From NCBI GenBank assembly GCA_012744355.1, contig JAAYHV010000066.1, positions 383 to 64,382 of the forward strand: a stretch of 64,000 nt of DNA. The letters run 5' to 3'. Below the pieces are notes generated by a model, which saw nothing but the letters and a program-made list of their open reading frames with translations, ran no database searches and had not been told where the DNA came from. The DNA is from Clostridiales bacterium (GTDB lineage: Bacteria > Bacillota > Clostridia > Peptostreptococcales > Anaerovoracaceae). Each line of letters begins with the position of its first letter. Position 1 is the stretch's first letter. Positions 1 through 11,013 of this stretch are shown here, one piece after another. A program made the position numbers and the translations under genes.

Positions 1-241
1 AGGTACGAGAGAAAGAATTCAAGTATTTGAAGGTTTCGTTTTAAAAAGACAAAATGGTGGCATTGCTGAGACATTTACTGTTAGAAGGCTTGCTTCTGGA
101 GTAGGAGTAGAAAAAACTTTCCCACTTCATTCACCAAAAATTGAAAAAATCGAAGTAGTACGTGAAGGTAAGGTTAGAAGAGCTAAACTTCACTACATGC
201 GTGGCAGAACAGGAAAAGCTGCTAAGATTAGGGCAAGATAG
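1..241 (+). CDS. rplS: 50S ribosomal protein L19, C-terminal part (5' end lies outside the window)
   Basis: The frame starting at nt 2 reads [79 protein letters not shown], then TAG at 239-241. This is typical L19 sequence. The rplS-rbgA-rnhB order matches Bacillus. Confidence 0.93.
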   Translation, partial: GTRERIQVFEGFVLKRQNGGIAETFTVRRLASGVGVEKTFPLHSPKIEKIEVVREGKVRRAKLHYMRGRTGKAAKIRAR

Positions 242-299
242 TATGTGGGGAGCGGAGGTTCCCCATATTTTTATATACCCAACTAGAAAGGCGAGACGA

Positions 300-1145
300 A
301 TGGAAAAGATTAACTGGTATCCAGGGCACATGAAAAAAACTAGAGAACTAATTAAAGAGAATTTAAAATTAGTTGATCTTGTAATAGAAGTAATTGATAG
401 CAGAATCCCTGTTTCAAGTAGAAATCCAATAATTGATTCCCTTGTTGAAAATAAACAAAGATTAATTGTATTAAATAAAAGCGACTTGTCAGATAGAGAA
501 CAAAACCAAAAATGGGCTGACAGATTCACTCGCGAAGGTAATAAAGTAATTACTATGAATTGCATGCTTGGAAGCAATTTGGACAGGTTAAACAGGGAAC
601 TGCAAAACATTCAAAATGAAAAAAATGAGATCAGAAAAATGACGAAACCTTTAAAACTGATGATTGTAGGAGTGCCAAATGTAGGTAAATCCTCATTGAT
701 TAATAGAATGACTGGGAAAAAAAGCACGAGAATAGGTGATAAACCTGGAGTAACTAGAGGTAAACAGTGGCTTACACTTAAAAATGGAATGCAGCTATTA
801 GATACACCTGGAATACTATGGCCTAAATTCGAAGATCCAAATGTAGGACTGAACCTGGCTTTTTGTGGAAGTATCAGAGATGAGATTCTAGATACCACGG
901 ATTTGGCATATGAACTTACAAAAATTCTAGAATTACAGTATCCGAAACTGTTGATAGATAGATTTAAACTTGATTCCATAAGTGAAAATACTGTGGAGAA
1001 TATGGATGCAATTGCTTTAAAGAGAGGTTTTATAATGCCTGGTAAAAAAATAGACTATGAAAGAACGGGAAGAACGTTGCTTGATGAATTCAGAAGTGGT
1101 AAAATAGGTAACATAACTTTGGAAAAGATAAAAGATAGTGAATAA
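300..1145 (+). CDS. rbgA: ribosome biogenesis GTPase A (YlqF/RbgA)
   Basis: Starts at Met47 of ORF 162..1145; the upstream part of that ORF overlaps rplS. It has the MEKINWYPGHMKKT N-terminus and circularly permuted GTPase motifs (LNKSD, then GVPNVGKSSLIN, then DTPG). Confidence 0.92.
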   Translation: MEKINWYPGHMKKTRELIKENLKLVDLVIEVIDSRIPVSSRNPIIDSLVENKQRLIVLNKSDLSDREQNQKWADRFTREGNKVITMNCMLGSNLDRLNRELQNIQNEKNEIRKMTKPLKLMIVGVPNVGKSSLINRMTGKKSTRIGDKPGVTRGKQWLTLKNGMQLLDTPGILWPKFEDPNVGLNLAFCGSIRDEILDTTDLAYELTKILELQYPKLLIDRFKLDSISENTVENMDAIALKRGFIMPGKKIDYERTGRTLLDEFRSGKIGNITLEKIKDSE

Positions 1146-1812
1146 ACTTGAGAAAGCTGAGAAGCTTAAAAATAAATTGATAGAAATGTCTCAAATAGAA
1201 AACTTGCTTAGAAGTCAAGGTGTTGAAACTATTGCAGGTATTGATGAAGTAGGAAGAGGCCCACTTGCAGGCCCAGTTTATGCTGCATGCGTAGTACTTC
1301 CTGATGATTTTGATGTATTAGGAGTAGATGATTCAAAAAAACTAAGTGAAAAAAAGAGAAATGAACTTAATGAAAAAATAAAAGAAAAAGCTATAGCTTA
1401 CGGCATAGGCATAGTAAATAATGAAATTATAGATAAAATAAATATATTAAATGCAACAAAACTGGCAATGAAAATAGCAATAACCGACGCTGAAAAAATG
1501 TTAAGTGAAAGATGTATTGAACATTTACTTATAGATGCAATGAAATTAGAGGAAGTATCTATTCCACAAACGGGTATTATTAAAGGTGATTCTAAATCTG
1601 TATCTATTGCGGCAGCTTCTATAGTTGCAAAAGTAGCTAGGGATGACTACATGATAGAACAGAGTAAGATATATCCGCACTATAGCTTTGAAACAAATAA
1701 AGGTTATGGTACGAAGGCTCATTATGAGGGAATGCGTGAATATGGTTTAACGCCAATTCATCGTAAAACATTTTTGAGAAAGTTTTTAAAGGAGAAAGTA
1801 TATGGAATTTAA
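1138..1812 (+). CDS. rnhB: ribonuclease HII
   Basis: Carries [14 protein letters not shown] and DDSKKL motifs. The GTG start overlaps the rbgA stop; an alternative ATG lies at 1186. Confidence 0.9.
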   Translation: MNKLEKAEKLKNKLIEMSQIENLLRSQGVETIAGIDEVGRGPLAGPVYAACVVLPDDFDVLGVDDSKKLSEKKRNELNEKIKEKAIAYGIGIVNNEIIDKINILNATKLAMKIAITDAEKMLSERCIEHLLIDAMKLEEVSIPQTGIIKGDSKSVSIAAASIVAKVARDDYMIEQSKIYPHYSFETNKGYGTKAHYEGMREYGLTPIHRKTFLRKFLKEKVYGI

Positions 1813-3478
1813 AAGTGACATTCAAATTGCACAAGAAAACCAAATGGACAATATTGAAGATATTGCCAAGTCGGCTGGGATAAGCGAAAAATACTTAACG
1901 AGATATGGCGACTATAAAGCTAAAGTCGACTACAAAATCTTAAAAGACATTAATGGAAAAGAAGATGGTAAAGTGGTACTAGTCACTGCAATTTCTCCAA
2001 CACCTGCCGGTGAAGGTAAGACAACTACAACTGTAGGTCTTACTGATGCGCTTAGTAGATTAGGCATAAATGCTATGGCAGCCTTAAGAGAACCTTCACT
2101 AGGCCCGGTATTTGGAGTTAAAGGAGGAGCGGCTGGAGGTGGCTATGCACAGGTAGTGCCTATGGAAGACATCAACCTACATTTTACGGGTGATATGCAC
2201 GCTATAGGAGTTGCTAATAATCTAATAGCTGCTATAGTTGATAACCACATACAACATGGAAATGAACTTAGAATAGATCCTAGAAAAATAACTTGGACTA
2301 GAGTAATGGATATGAATGATAGGCAGCTTAGACATATAACAAACGGATTAGGAGGAAAGCCAAACGGCACTCCAAGAGAAGACGGATTTGAGATAACAGT
2401 AGCTAGTGAAATTATGGCCATACTTTGTTTGTCAAATGATATAAATGATTTAAAGAGAAGAATTTCAAATATAATTATAGGCTATTCATATGATGATGAA
2501 CCTATAACTGTTAAGGATCTCAAAGTACAAGGCGCAGCTGCAGCTGTTCTTAAGGAAGCACTTAAACCAAATTTAGTTCAGACTTTAGAGGGAACGCCTG
2601 TACTTATTCACGGTGGACCTTTTGCAAATATAGCGCACGGATGTAACTCAGTTATGGCCACAAATTGCGCGATAAAGCTAGCAGATGTTGTAATAACTGA
2701 AGCGGGATTTGCTGCTGATTTAGGAGCTGAAAAATTTATAGATATCAAGTGCAGAAAATCAGGTATAAGGCCTTCTGCAGTGGTTGTAGTAGCTACAGTA
2801 AGAGCTCTTAAGTATCATGGTGGCATAAATAAAAATGACCTGGTAAAAGAGAACTTACAAGCTCTTAAAGATGGTATGCCTAATCTCTTACAGCATGTTG
2901 AGAATATAACTGAGAATTTTGGAATTCCGGCTGTAGTTTCAATCAATAGATTTCCTACCGATACAGAGGCTGAAATACAATTAGTTGAGGAAGAATGCAA
3001 AAAGTTTGGAGTCAACGTAGTTTTAAGTGAAGTATGGGCAAAGGGCGGAGAAGGCGGACGCGATTTAGCTGAAGAAGTGATGAAGCTAATCAAAAAGGAA
3101 AATGATTTTAAATTCGTATACGAAGACGATGATAGCATAAAGGAAAAAATTGAAAAAATAGCTAAAAAGATATATAGAGCAGACGATGTAGACTACGATT
3201 TCAGAGCAAAAAAAGAAATTGAAAAGATTGAATCGATGGGATTTTCCAATTTACCTATATGTATGGCTAAAACTCAATTCAGTTTTTCTGACGATAAAGG
3301 AAAACTAGGAGCACCAAGAAATTTTGCAATAACAATACGTGAAGTACACGTAGATGCAGGGGCAGGTTTCATAGTAGCTAAAACAGGTAGTATTATGACT
3401 ATGCCTGGATTACCTAAAGTACCAGCGGCAGAAAAAATAGATGTGGATAACGACGGAGTCATTACTGGCTTATTCTAA
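1802..3478 (+). CDS. fhs: formate--tetrahydrofolate ligase
   Basis: 558 aa, full length, with the [15 protein letters not shown] nucleotide-binding loop characteristic of Fhs. Confidence 0.95.
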   Translation: MEFKSDIQIAQENQMDNIEDIAKSAGISEKYLTRYGDYKAKVDYKILKDINGKEDGKVVLVTAISPTPAGEGKTTTTVGLTDALSRLGINAMAALREPSLGPVFGVKGGAAGGGYAQVVPMEDINLHFTGDMHAIGVANNLIAAIVDNHIQHGNELRIDPRKITWTRVMDMNDRQLRHITNGLGGKPNGTPREDGFEITVASEIMAILCLSNDINDLKRRISNIIIGYSYDDEPITVKDLKVQGAAAAVLKEALKPNLVQTLEGTPVLIHGGPFANIAHGCNSVMATNCAIKLADVVITEAGFAADLGAEKFIDIKCRKSGIRPSAVVVVATVRALKYHGGINKNDLVKENLQALKDGMPNLLQHVENITENFGIPAVVSINRFPTDTEAEIQLVEEECKKFGVNVVLSEVWAKGGEGGRDLAEEVMKLIKKENDFKFVYEDDDSIKEKIEKIAKKIYRADDVDYDFRAKKEIEKIESMGFSNLPICMAKTQFSFSDDKGKLGAPRNFAITIREVHVDAGAGFIVAKTGSIMTMPGLPKVPAAEKIDVDNDGVITGLF

Positions 3479-3490
3479 ATTGATTAAAAA

Positions 3491-3522
3491 GATGGTTCGA
3501 CGCAAGCGAACCATCTTTTTTG
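3491..3522 (+). terminator. intrinsic terminator after fhs
   Basis: GATGGTTCG / CGAACCATC 9-bp stem with a 7-nt loop, followed by TTTTTTG. Confidence 0.8.
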
Positions 3523-3551
3523 TTGACTGTAAAATGGCAGTCGTGTATATT
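3523..3551 (+). promoter_or_regulatory. sigma-A type promoter for the RNase H1 gene
   Basis: TTGACT (3523-3528), 17-nt spacer, TATATT (3546-3551). Confidence 0.5.
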
Positions 3552-3569
3552 GTAATCAGGAGGCGAATT

Positions 3570-4196
3570 ATGGCTAAAAAGTATTATGCCGTTAGAACGG
3601 GAAAGACACCAGGTATTTATAAAACTTGGGATGAATGTAAAAATGAAATATTTGGTTTCAAAGGAGCTAAGTACAAAGGCTTTGAATCATTAGAAGATGC
3701 TGAAAATTTTATGGAAGCTAAAGAAAGTGCCGAAATAAAAGAAGAAAATATAAAATCAATTATGGTTAATAACGATGTTGAGGCAGTAGCTTACGTCGAC
3801 GGTAGTTATGATCATGCTAATAAAAAGTATAGTTTCGGAGCAGTAATATTCTATAGAGAAAAAGAAATACAGCTTTCTGGCTCAGGAGAAGAACCAGGTA
3901 TGGTAGAAATGAGAAATGTTGCAGGGGAAATTAAAAGTGCCATGAAATCTGTTGAGTACTGCGTTGATAACAATATTAATAGCATTATTATATTTCATGA
4001 TTACCAAGGCATAGGCAAATGGGGAGACGGATTGTGGAAAACAAATTTGCCTGAAACTAGTGCATACAAAGAATACATCAAAAATATTAGAGTAAAGTAT
4101 GGTGTTAAAATATTGTTTAAGCACGTTAAAGGGCACTCCGGAAACAAGTACAATGAATTGGCGGACAAGCTTGCAAAAGAGGCTTTATTACCATAA
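3570..4196 (+). CDS. ribonuclease H1 with N-terminal hybrid-binding (viroplasmin-like) domain
   Basis: ATG 3570 follows AGGAGG. The N-terminus KKYYAVRTGKTPGIYKTWDEC is the dsRNA/hybrid-binding fold. The C-terminal half has RNase H1 features (YVDGS ... HSGNKYNELADKLAK). The longer ORF from 3441 runs through the fhs terminator, so it is not used. Confidence 0.85.
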   Translation: MAKKYYAVRTGKTPGIYKTWDECKNEIFGFKGAKYKGFESLEDAENFMEAKESAEIKEENIKSIMVNNDVEAVAYVDGSYDHANKKYSFGAVIFYREKEIQLSGSGEEPGMVEMRNVAGEIKSAMKSVEYCVDNNINSIIIFHDYQGIGKWGDGLWKTNLPETSAYKEYIKNIRVKYGVKILFKHVKGHSGNKYNELADKLAKEALLP

Positions 4197-4213
4197 AAAA
4201 TAAAGTCATTTCC

Positions 4214-4242
4214 TTGATAGAGTACTCGGATTGTGTTATAAT
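4214..4242 (+). promoter_or_regulatory. sigma-A type promoter for the opp operon
   Basis: TTGATA (4214-4219), 17-nt spacer, TATAAT (4237-4242). Confidence 0.55.
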
Positions 4243-4341
4243 TGTGAAATCAGATGTTATTATTAAGAAGTTATAATGATTTCAACTGGTACAATTCAAA
4301 CAAGCCCGAGCGGCAGTTTGATATCATTAGGAGGAAGTTTT

Positions 4342-5274
4342 ATGGCTAAATATATCGTTAAAAGACTAGCGCAATCACTAATTTTGGTTATACTTGTAGC
4401 TTGTCTTACTTTTTTACTTATGAACCTGGTTCCGGGTGGACCTTTTTTAAGTGAGAAATCTCCTTCACCAGAGGTATTAGCGGCTATGGAAGCTAAGTAC
4501 GGCTTAGATCAACCATTGCCCATTCAATTGAAAAACTATGTTGTTAACATGTTTAAAGGCGACTTTGGTGTTTCTTTAAAGATGCAAAAAAACAGACCTG
4601 TAATATTAATTATAAAAGAAATGTTTCCAGTCTCAGCTAAGATTGGATTAATTGCCCTTGTAATGGCAGTGACCATAGGCATACCATTAGGATGTATATC
4701 AGCATATTACCGAGGGACGAGGATAGATAGTGCACTTAGGGTGGTTATGACTTTGGGAATATCCGTTCCGAGTTTTGTAATAGCCACACTACTATTACTG
4801 CTTTTTTGTGTTAAATTTCAATTGTTACCTTCGATGGGGTTAAATGGCTGGGAAAATTATATTTTGCCATGCACTGCTTTGTCTTTTTATCCTATGTGCT
4901 ATACGGGAAGACTTGCCAGATCTAGCATGCTTGACGCTATAAATCAAGACTATATAAGAACGGCAAAAGCAAAAGGTGCATCAACGAAAGCTATTATATT
5001 TAAGCATGCACTCAGAAATGCCTTGATACCAGTATTAACATATTTGGGACCTCTAACTGCATTTATACTGTCAGGTGGTTTCGTAGTGGAAACAGTATTT
5101 AGCATCCCTGGTTTGGGCAGATACTTTATACAGAGCATTTTAAATAGGGATTACCCTATAATAATGGCGACAACTATATTTTTAGCTGCGCTAGTTATTT
5201 TCATGAATTTAGTTGTGGATATTATGTATAGAGTTGTCGATCCGAGAATTGATATTACCAAAGGAGGGAACTAA
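4342..5274 (+). CDS. oppB: oligopeptide/dipeptide ABC transporter permease
   Basis: ATG 4342 follows GGAGGA. The MAKYIVKRL N-terminus and multi-TM BPD-transporter fold are typical of OppB/DppB. Confidence 0.88.
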   Translation: MAKYIVKRLAQSLILVILVACLTFLLMNLVPGGPFLSEKSPSPEVLAAMEAKYGLDQPLPIQLKNYVVNMFKGDFGVSLKMQKNRPVILIIKEMFPVSAKIGLIALVMAVTIGIPLGCISAYYRGTRIDSALRVVMTLGISVPSFVIATLLLLLFCVKFQLLPSMGLNGWENYILPCTALSFYPMCYTGRLARSSMLDAINQDYIRTAKAKGASTKAIIFKHALRNALIPVLTYLGPLTAFILSGGFVVETVFSIPGLGRYFIQSILNRDYPIIMATTIFLAALVIFMNLVVDIMYRVVDPRIDITKGGN

Positions 5275-5276
5275 TT

Positions 5277-6320
5277 ATGATACGCAGTGGAAATCAAATG
5301 TTTACACTAAAGCCAGATTACAATAAACTTCCCGATGGAATTGAATTTCAGGAGGATGACTTTTTAACAGCATCAGAAGAAGATAAAGAAAACTTTATTG
5401 AAAAAGCACCTTCCGTTTCATATTGGAAGGATGCATGGAGAAGATTAAAACATAACAGAGTAGCTGTTGTAGCTCTGGCAATACTATTTGTTATAGTGTT
5501 CTTTGCATTTATTGGACCATTATTTTTTGAGGCAGATTATACTACCCAAGTTAGAGGTTCAGAGAATTTAGGCCCTAGCTTATCTCATCCTTTCGGAACG
5601 GATAAGTTTGGTAGAGATCTTATGATAAGAACCATGTATGGCTCAAGGGTATCGCTTATTGTAGGTGTTTGTGCTTCTTTGATAGTGCTTGTTATAGGTA
5701 CAGTATACGGTTCTATCTCAGGTTACTTAGGAGGAAGAGTCGATAGTGTAATGATGAGATTCTTGGACTTGATATACTCAGTGCCTGATATATTAGTAGT
5801 ACTTTTATTATCAACAGTTATTCATCAACCTCTCCAAGCCTGGTGTAATACAAGCCACTCGGGACTAGCAAGTAGCCTGGTGACATTAGGGCCCGGCTTG
5901 ATTTCGATATTTGTAGCTTTTGGATTGTTATACTGGGTATCAATGGCTCGTATAATTAGAGGACAGGTTCTAATGCTAAAGCAGATGGAATATGTTACTG
6001 CAGCTAGAGCTTTGGGAGCCAGCAGAACAAGGATAATCAGGAGGCATTTGTGGCCGAACTGCATAGGACAAATTATTGTAACTACATGTTTACAAATTCC
6101 TTCAGCTATATTTTTAGAATCTTTTCTATCCTTCTTAGGTATAGGAGTAAGTGCGCCTATGACTAGTTTAGGTGCTATAGCAGCAGATGCATTAGGTGGA
6201 ATATATTCATACCCTTATCGTTTAGTAATTCCTTCTATTATACTTAGTTTGATGATACTAAGCCTAAACCTTTTTGGTGATGGACTTCGTGATGCGCTAG
6301 ATCCGCGCTTAAAGAAATAG
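5277..6320 (+). CDS. oppC: oligopeptide/dipeptide ABC transporter permease
   Basis: 347 aa, OppC-type N-terminal extension followed by a TM permease core. Adjacent to oppB. Confidence 0.88.
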   Translation: MIRSGNQMFTLKPDYNKLPDGIEFQEDDFLTASEEDKENFIEKAPSVSYWKDAWRRLKHNRVAVVALAILFVIVFFAFIGPLFFEADYTTQVRGSENLGPSLSHPFGTDKFGRDLMIRTMYGSRVSLIVGVCASLIVLVIGTVYGSISGYLGGRVDSVMMRFLDLIYSVPDILVVLLLSTVIHQPLQAWCNTSHSGLASSLVTLGPGLISIFVAFGLLYWVSMARIIRGQVLMLKQMEYVTAARALGASRTRIIRRHLWPNCIGQIIVTTCLQIPSAIFLESFLSFLGIGVSAPMTSLGAIAADALGGIYSYPYRLVIPSIILSLMILSLNLFGDGLRDALDPRLKK

Positions 6321-6331
6321 GGGGTAATGAT

Positions 6332-7339
6332 ATGGAACAAAACGAAAATAAAAACTTATTAGAAGTTAAAAATTTAAAAGTATCGTTTTTTACTCCTGCA
6401 GGAGAAGTTAAGGCAGTAAATGATATATCGTATGAAATAAAAACCGGAGAAGTAATGGGTATTGTAGGAGAATCCGGTTCTGGAAAGAGCGTTGAGGCAT
6501 ATTCAATTATTGGATTATTAGCTAGCCCTGGTAAAGTAGTAGGCGGCGAAATATTATTTAATGGAGAAAATCTGTTAGAATACTCTGAAGAACAGTTACA
6601 GAAGCTGCGTGGAGATAAAATCAGTATGATTTTTCAAAATCCCATGACATGCTTAAATCCTGTATATAAAATTGGCAATCAGCTAGTAGAGGCTTTGGCT
6701 ATACATACTGATATCACAAAAAATGATGCATGGAAAAAAGCTACTGATATGATGAAATTTGTAGGGATTAACAATCCTGACAAAAGGATGAAGCAATATC
6801 CTCACGAATTGTCAGGTGGCATGAGGCAGCGCGTTATGATTGCTATGGCACTTTTGTGCGATCCAAAACTTTTGATAGCTGATGAACCCACTACAGCTTT
6901 AGACGTTACAATACAGGCTCAAATTCTTGATTTACTTAAAGATATAATTAAAAAAACTAATATGAGCACTATATTTATAACTCATAATTTAGCAGTAGTA
7001 GCTGAAATATGTGACAAGGTATCTGTAATGTATGCAGGAAAATTAGTAGAAACAGGATATGTAGATGATATATTCTATAATCCTTCTCACCCATACACTT
7101 TAGGACTTTTGAACTCAATGCCTAGAGTAGACGAAAAAAAGCGAGAAAGATTAATACCTATTGAAGGTTCGCCTGTAGATATGCTTAACCCTCCTGAGGG
7201 CTGTGGTTTTGCTTCTAGATGCAAGCACTGCATGAATATTTGCCTCAGAAAAGATCCTCCGATAATAGATTTAGATAATGGGCATAAAGCTAAATGCTGG
7301 TTGCTTGCTATGAAAGAATATAAAGAGGGGGATGAATAA
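6332..7339 (+). CDS. oppD: oligopeptide ABC transporter ATP-binding protein
   Basis: Walker A GESGSGKS, signature LSGGMRQR, and an Opp-type C-terminal Cys-rich tail. Confidence 0.9.
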   Translation: MEQNENKNLLEVKNLKVSFFTPAGEVKAVNDISYEIKTGEVMGIVGESGSGKSVEAYSIIGLLASPGKVVGGEILFNGENLLEYSEEQLQKLRGDKISMIFQNPMTCLNPVYKIGNQLVEALAIHTDITKNDAWKKATDMMKFVGINNPDKRMKQYPHELSGGMRQRVMIAMALLCDPKLLIADEPTTALDVTIQAQILDLLKDIIKKTNMSTIFITHNLAVVAEICDKVSVMYAGKLVETGYVDDIFYNPSHPYTLGLLNSMPRVDEKKRERLIPIEGSPVDMLNPPEGCGFASRCKHCMNICLRKDPPIIDLDNGHKAKCWLLAMKEYKEGDE

Positions 7340-8331
7340 TGAACTATGATAGTGAAAATAAGGTCCTGCTTGAGGTCGAGAATTTAAAAAAATATTTTGA
7401 TATTAAACAAGGATTTGGCAAAAATAATTACGTAAAGGCAGTTGAAGATGTTTCTTTTAAGATTTACAAAGGTGAAACTTTTGGTCTTGTAGGAGAATCA
7501 GGTTGTGGTAAAACTACACTTGGCAGAGCAATAATCAGGTTGATTGAACCCACTTCAGGCAAAATTACATATGACGGTGACGTGATTTTTGATGGGGAAA
7601 ACAAAAAAAATGTAAATATGGTACCATATAGAAGGAAGATGCAGATTATATTTCAGGATCCTTCAGCATCGTTAGACCCTAGAATGACTGTGGGAGAAAT
7701 AATTGGAGAAGCTTTAGATGTTCATAAACTTTTTCAAGGAAAACTAGAACGCAAGAACAGAATAGAGTATTTACTTGATAGAGTAGGTTTAAACACTGAA
7801 CATGCAAACAGATACCCGCATGAATTTTCAGGAGGTCAACAGCAACGTATAGGTATAGCAAGAGCCCTTGCAGTAGAACCTGAGTTTATTGTATGCGATG
7901 AACCGATATCAGCTCTTGATGTATCAATTCAATCTCAGATAGTAAATATGCTTGAAGATATGCAAGAGGAATTAGGGCTTACATATTTGTTTATAGCTCA
8001 TGACTTGTCTGTTGTAAGACATATTTCGACAAGAATAGGAGTAATGTATTTAGGTAATATGGTCGAAATTGGAGATAGTGATGAAATCTATCACAGAGCA
8101 CTTCATCCATATACCAAGACACTTTTATCTGCGGTTCCTGTACCTGATCCTGAGGCTAATAGGAATACCCAGAGAATTATATTAGAAGGTGATGTGCCTA
8201 GTCCTATAAATCCACCTTCAGGATGCCGCTTCCACACTAGATGCCCGTATGCTAAGGAAATTTGTAAGGAAAAAGTGCCTGAGTGGAGGGAAATAGAACC
8301 TGAACACTTTGCAGCTTGTCACATACTATAG
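7339..8331 (+). CDS. oppF: oligopeptide ABC transporter ATP-binding protein
   Basis: Walker [10 protein letters not shown] and signature [13 protein letters not shown] overlap with oppD. Confidence 0.9.
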   Translation: MNYDSENKVLLEVENLKKYFDIKQGFGKNNYVKAVEDVSFKIYKGETFGLVGESGCGKTTLGRAIIRLIEPTSGKITYDGDVIFDGENKKNVNMVPYRRKMQIIFQDPSASLDPRMTVGEIIGEALDVHKLFQGKLERKNRIEYLLDRVGLNTEHANRYPHEFSGGQQQRIGIARALAVEPEFIVCDEPISALDVSIQSQIVNMLEDMQEELGLTYLFIAHDLSVVRHISTRIGVMYLGNMVEIGDSDEIYHRALHPYTKTLLSAVPVPDPEANRNTQRIILEGDVPSPINPPSGCRFHTRCPYAKEICKEKVPEWREIEPEHFAACHIL

Positions 8332-8424
8332 TTGGAACATTCCGATTTTTTCGGTGTTCACATATTTGTATTATATGCTAGAAAATTATTACGAAATTAT
8401 TCGTAAAAATTAAGGAGGAGTATT

Positions 8425-10035
8425 ATGAAAAAGTTATTGGTATTAATGTTATCATTATGCATGGTGTTTACTTTAGCAGCTTGCGGTGATAAAGAGGAAG
8501 CTGCTACAGGAGATGGCGTCTTAGATGTCTGCTTAGCTTCTGAACCTGCAACCATTGACCCTGCGCTTAACTCCGCGGTAGATGGAGCAACAATGATTCA
8601 ACATGCTTTCGAAGGTTTGATTAAGTGGGTTGATGATGGTACAGGAAACGCTGTACACGCACCTGGCGTAGCTGAAAGCTGGGATGTTTCTGAAGATGGA
8701 CTAGTTTGGACTTTTAATTTAAGAGATTCAAAATGGTCTGACGGAGAACCTGTTACTGCTATGGATTTTGAATATGCTTGGAAAAGATTAAATGATCCTG
8801 AAACAGCAGCGGATTATTCTTATATGATCGGTCCTGTAAAAGGATTTGAAACAGAAGAATTAGCAGTAAAAGCTATTGACGAAAAAACATTTGAAGTTAC
8901 ATTAATAAGCCCTTGCTTATATTTTGAAGACATTTGCGCATTCCCTGCTTGCTATCCAATAAGAGAAGATATTATCGAAGCTAATGGCGATGAATGGACT
9001 ACAGATCCTGCCACTTATGTCGGTAATGGACCTTACGTAATGAGCGAATGGGAACACAACAGCTATATCTTGATGGATAAAAATCCAGAATATTGGGATG
9101 CAGACAGTGTTGATTGTGAGACTATCAAATTCCATCTAATGGATGATGCAAATGCAATGTATGCTGCATATCAAAATGGAACTTTAGATTATATTGAAAA
9201 TTTACCTCAAGATGAAGTGTCTTCATTGCTAGAAGATGGAAGTCTTCAGTTCTTCCCTGTACTTGGAACATATTATGTTATATTCCAAACAGAAAAAGCT
9301 CCTTTTGATGATCCACTAGTTAGAGAAGCATTTTCTCTAGTATTAGACAGAAATTTCGTAGTTGAAAAAATAACTGCAGCTGGAGAAGTTGCAATTGACG
9401 GTTTTGTTCCTATAGGAGTACTAGATGCAGATGCAGAAGGTGATGACTTTAGAACAGTACAAGGTCCATTTTATAGCATAGATCCTGCTGATTATGAAGC
9501 TAATTGCGAAAAAGCAAGAGAGTTATTAGCAGAAGCTGGTTTTGAAGGTGGAGAAGGATTCCCTGTAGTAGAATACCTATATAACACTGATGATAACCAT
9601 AGAGCTATCGGTGAAGCCCTTCAAAATATGTGGCAAGAACAATTGGGCGTTACTGTAACTTTAGCTAATCAAGAATGGGGAGTATTCCTAGAAGAAAGAA
9701 AAGGCGGTAACTTCTCAATTGCTAGAGGTGGTTGGATTGCTGACTACAATGACCCAATGTCATTCTTAGATATGTTTACTACGGGCAACGGAAATAATGA
9801 TGCTCAGTATTCAGATGCTGGTTATGATAAATTAATAAAAGATATTAACGCAGAACTAGATCCAGCAGTTAGAATGGATCTTTTACACGATGCTGAACAA
9901 CAATTAGTAGGCGATGATATAGTGGTAGCTCCATTATATGCATATACTCAAAAATACCTTCTAAATGATGATGTTTCTGGTCTTTATGGAAATACATTCA
10001 TGTCTGTTTACTTTGAAAAATGCGTAGGTATGTAA
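8425..10035 (+). CDS. oppA: family-5 peptide-binding lipoprotein
   Basis: Signal peptide with a lipobox (FTLAAC) and a 536-aa SBP_bac_5-type sequence. It is the last gene of the opp cluster. Confidence 0.88.
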   Translation: MKKLLVLMLSLCMVFTLAACGDKEEAATGDGVLDVCLASEPATIDPALNSAVDGATMIQHAFEGLIKWVDDGTGNAVHAPGVAESWDVSEDGLVWTFNLRDSKWSDGEPVTAMDFEYAWKRLNDPETAADYSYMIGPVKGFETEELAVKAIDEKTFEVTLISPCLYFEDICAFPACYPIREDIIEANGDEWTTDPATYVGNGPYVMSEWEHNSYILMDKNPEYWDADSVDCETIKFHLMDDANAMYAAYQNGTLDYIENLPQDEVSSLLEDGSLQFFPVLGTYYVIFQTEKAPFDDPLVREAFSLVLDRNFVVEKITAAGEVAIDGFVPIGVLDADAEGDDFRTVQGPFYSIDPADYEANCEKARELLAEAGFEGGEGFPVVEYLYNTDDNHRAIGEALQNMWQEQLGVTVTLANQEWGVFLEERKGGNFSIARGGWIADYNDPMSFLDMFTTGNGNNDAQYSDAGYDKLIKDINAELDPAVRMDLLHDAEQQLVGDDIVVAPLYAYTQKYLLNDDVSGLYGNTFMSVYFEKCVGM

Positions 10036-10055
10036 TTTAGATTAATTAATCAAGG

Positions 10056-10086
10056 AAACCGGCAGCTTAGCTGTCGGTTTTTTTAC
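10056..10086 (+). terminator. intrinsic terminator after oppA
   Basis: AAACCGGCAG / CTGTCGGTTT stem followed by a T-run. Confidence 0.8.
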
Positions 10087-10134
10087 TGGATAAAATAGCT
10101 CGTTATGGTATAATAAATTCTAGGAGGTAAGGGA

Positions 10135-11001
10135 ATGGACAAAATTCTTTACGGTAAAGATGTTAACGAAAGTATCGAAAATGAACTTAACGATAAAATA
10201 AAATTGTTAAATGCAAAAGGCGTTAAACCTAAGATTGCAATAGTAAGAGTGGGAGAAAACCCAGGAGATATATTTTACGAAAAAGCAGCATGTAAAAAAG
10301 CAGATAAGCTTAGCGTAGAACATAACAGTATAGCCTTTGATAGAAATATCGCTCAAGAGGAATTGATAGAAACTATAAAAGAATTAAATGATGATAGGGA
10401 CATACACGGCATACTTCTGTTAAGACCGTTTCCGAAACATATGGATGATGATAAAGTAAGAAATTCTGTAATCCCAGAAAAGGATATAGATGGAATAACG
10501 GATGCATCTCTAATTGGAATAGTAACAGGTGAGCACAAAGGATTTTCGCCTTGCACACCTAAAGCTTGTATTGAAATACTTAAGTATTATGGTAAACCTC
10601 TTGAAGGTAAAAACGTAACAATAGTCGGAAGAAGCCTTGTAGTAGGCAAACCATTATCTCTGTTAATGACAAATGAAAATGCTAATGTAACAGTATGTCA
10701 CAGTAAAACTAAAAAGGAAGACATGATAAAGCACTGCAGCTTTGCTGATATCTTAGTTTTAGCAACAGGCAAGACTGAAAGCTTTACTCACGAATATTTA
10801 AGTGATGGCCAGGTTATAATCGATGTTGGAACAGGAGTAGGTAAAGATGGTAAGATGGCAGGGGATCTTGACATAAACGAAGTTAAGGAAAGTGGGCTTA
10901 GAAGACTGTCTTTAACGCCAGTTCCTAAAGGTGTAGGAAGCGTTACCACAGCAATGCTTATGAGCAACTTAATAGAAGCAGCAGAGAAAAATCCTGATTA
11001 A
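10135..11001 (+). CDS. folD: bifunctional methylenetetrahydrofolate dehydrogenase/cyclohydrolase
   Basis: 288 aa with the typical FolD layout (PKIAIVRVGENPGD ... VTIVGRSLVVGKPL ... PVPKGVGSVTTAML). Confidence 0.93.
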   Translation: MDKILYGKDVNESIENELNDKIKLLNAKGVKPKIAIVRVGENPGDIFYEKAACKKADKLSVEHNSIAFDRNIAQEELIETIKELNDDRDIHGILLLRPFPKHMDDDKVRNSVIPEKDIDGITDASLIGIVTGEHKGFSPCTPKACIEILKYYGKPLEGKNVTIVGRSLVVGKPLSLLMTNENANVTVCHSKTKKEDMIKHCSFADILVLATGKTESFTHEYLSDGQVIIDVGTGVGKDGKMAGDLDINEVKESGLRRLSLTPVPKGVGSVTTAMLMSNLIEAAEKNPD

Positions 11002-11013
11002 ATCAGGATTTTT
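10987..11013. terminator. bidirectional hairpin shared by convergent folD and leuB
   Basis: Perfect 12-bp palindrome AAAAATCCTGAT-taa-ATCAGGATTTTT. A/T runs on both flanks give U-tracts in both directions. Confidence 0.65.

Noticed and set aside
3441-3569. N-terminal extensions offered by the ORF track: 3441, 4276, 17497, 23656, 32555, 36551, 37881, 39089, 54052 (minus strand), 57756 and 59014.
   Set aside because: In each case an internal ATG with a proper Shine-Dalgarno sequence gives the canonical family N-terminus. The extension would overlap the preceding gene, a terminator or a promoter.
8332-8424. Imperfect hairpins between oppF and oppA as a riboswitch or attenuator.
   Set aside because: The stems are short and mismatched (GAACATTCCGA/TCGGTGTTC and TTACGAA/TTCGTAA) and I recognise no conserved motif. 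They are more likely a partial terminator or mRNA-processing site that allows higher expression of the binding protein.
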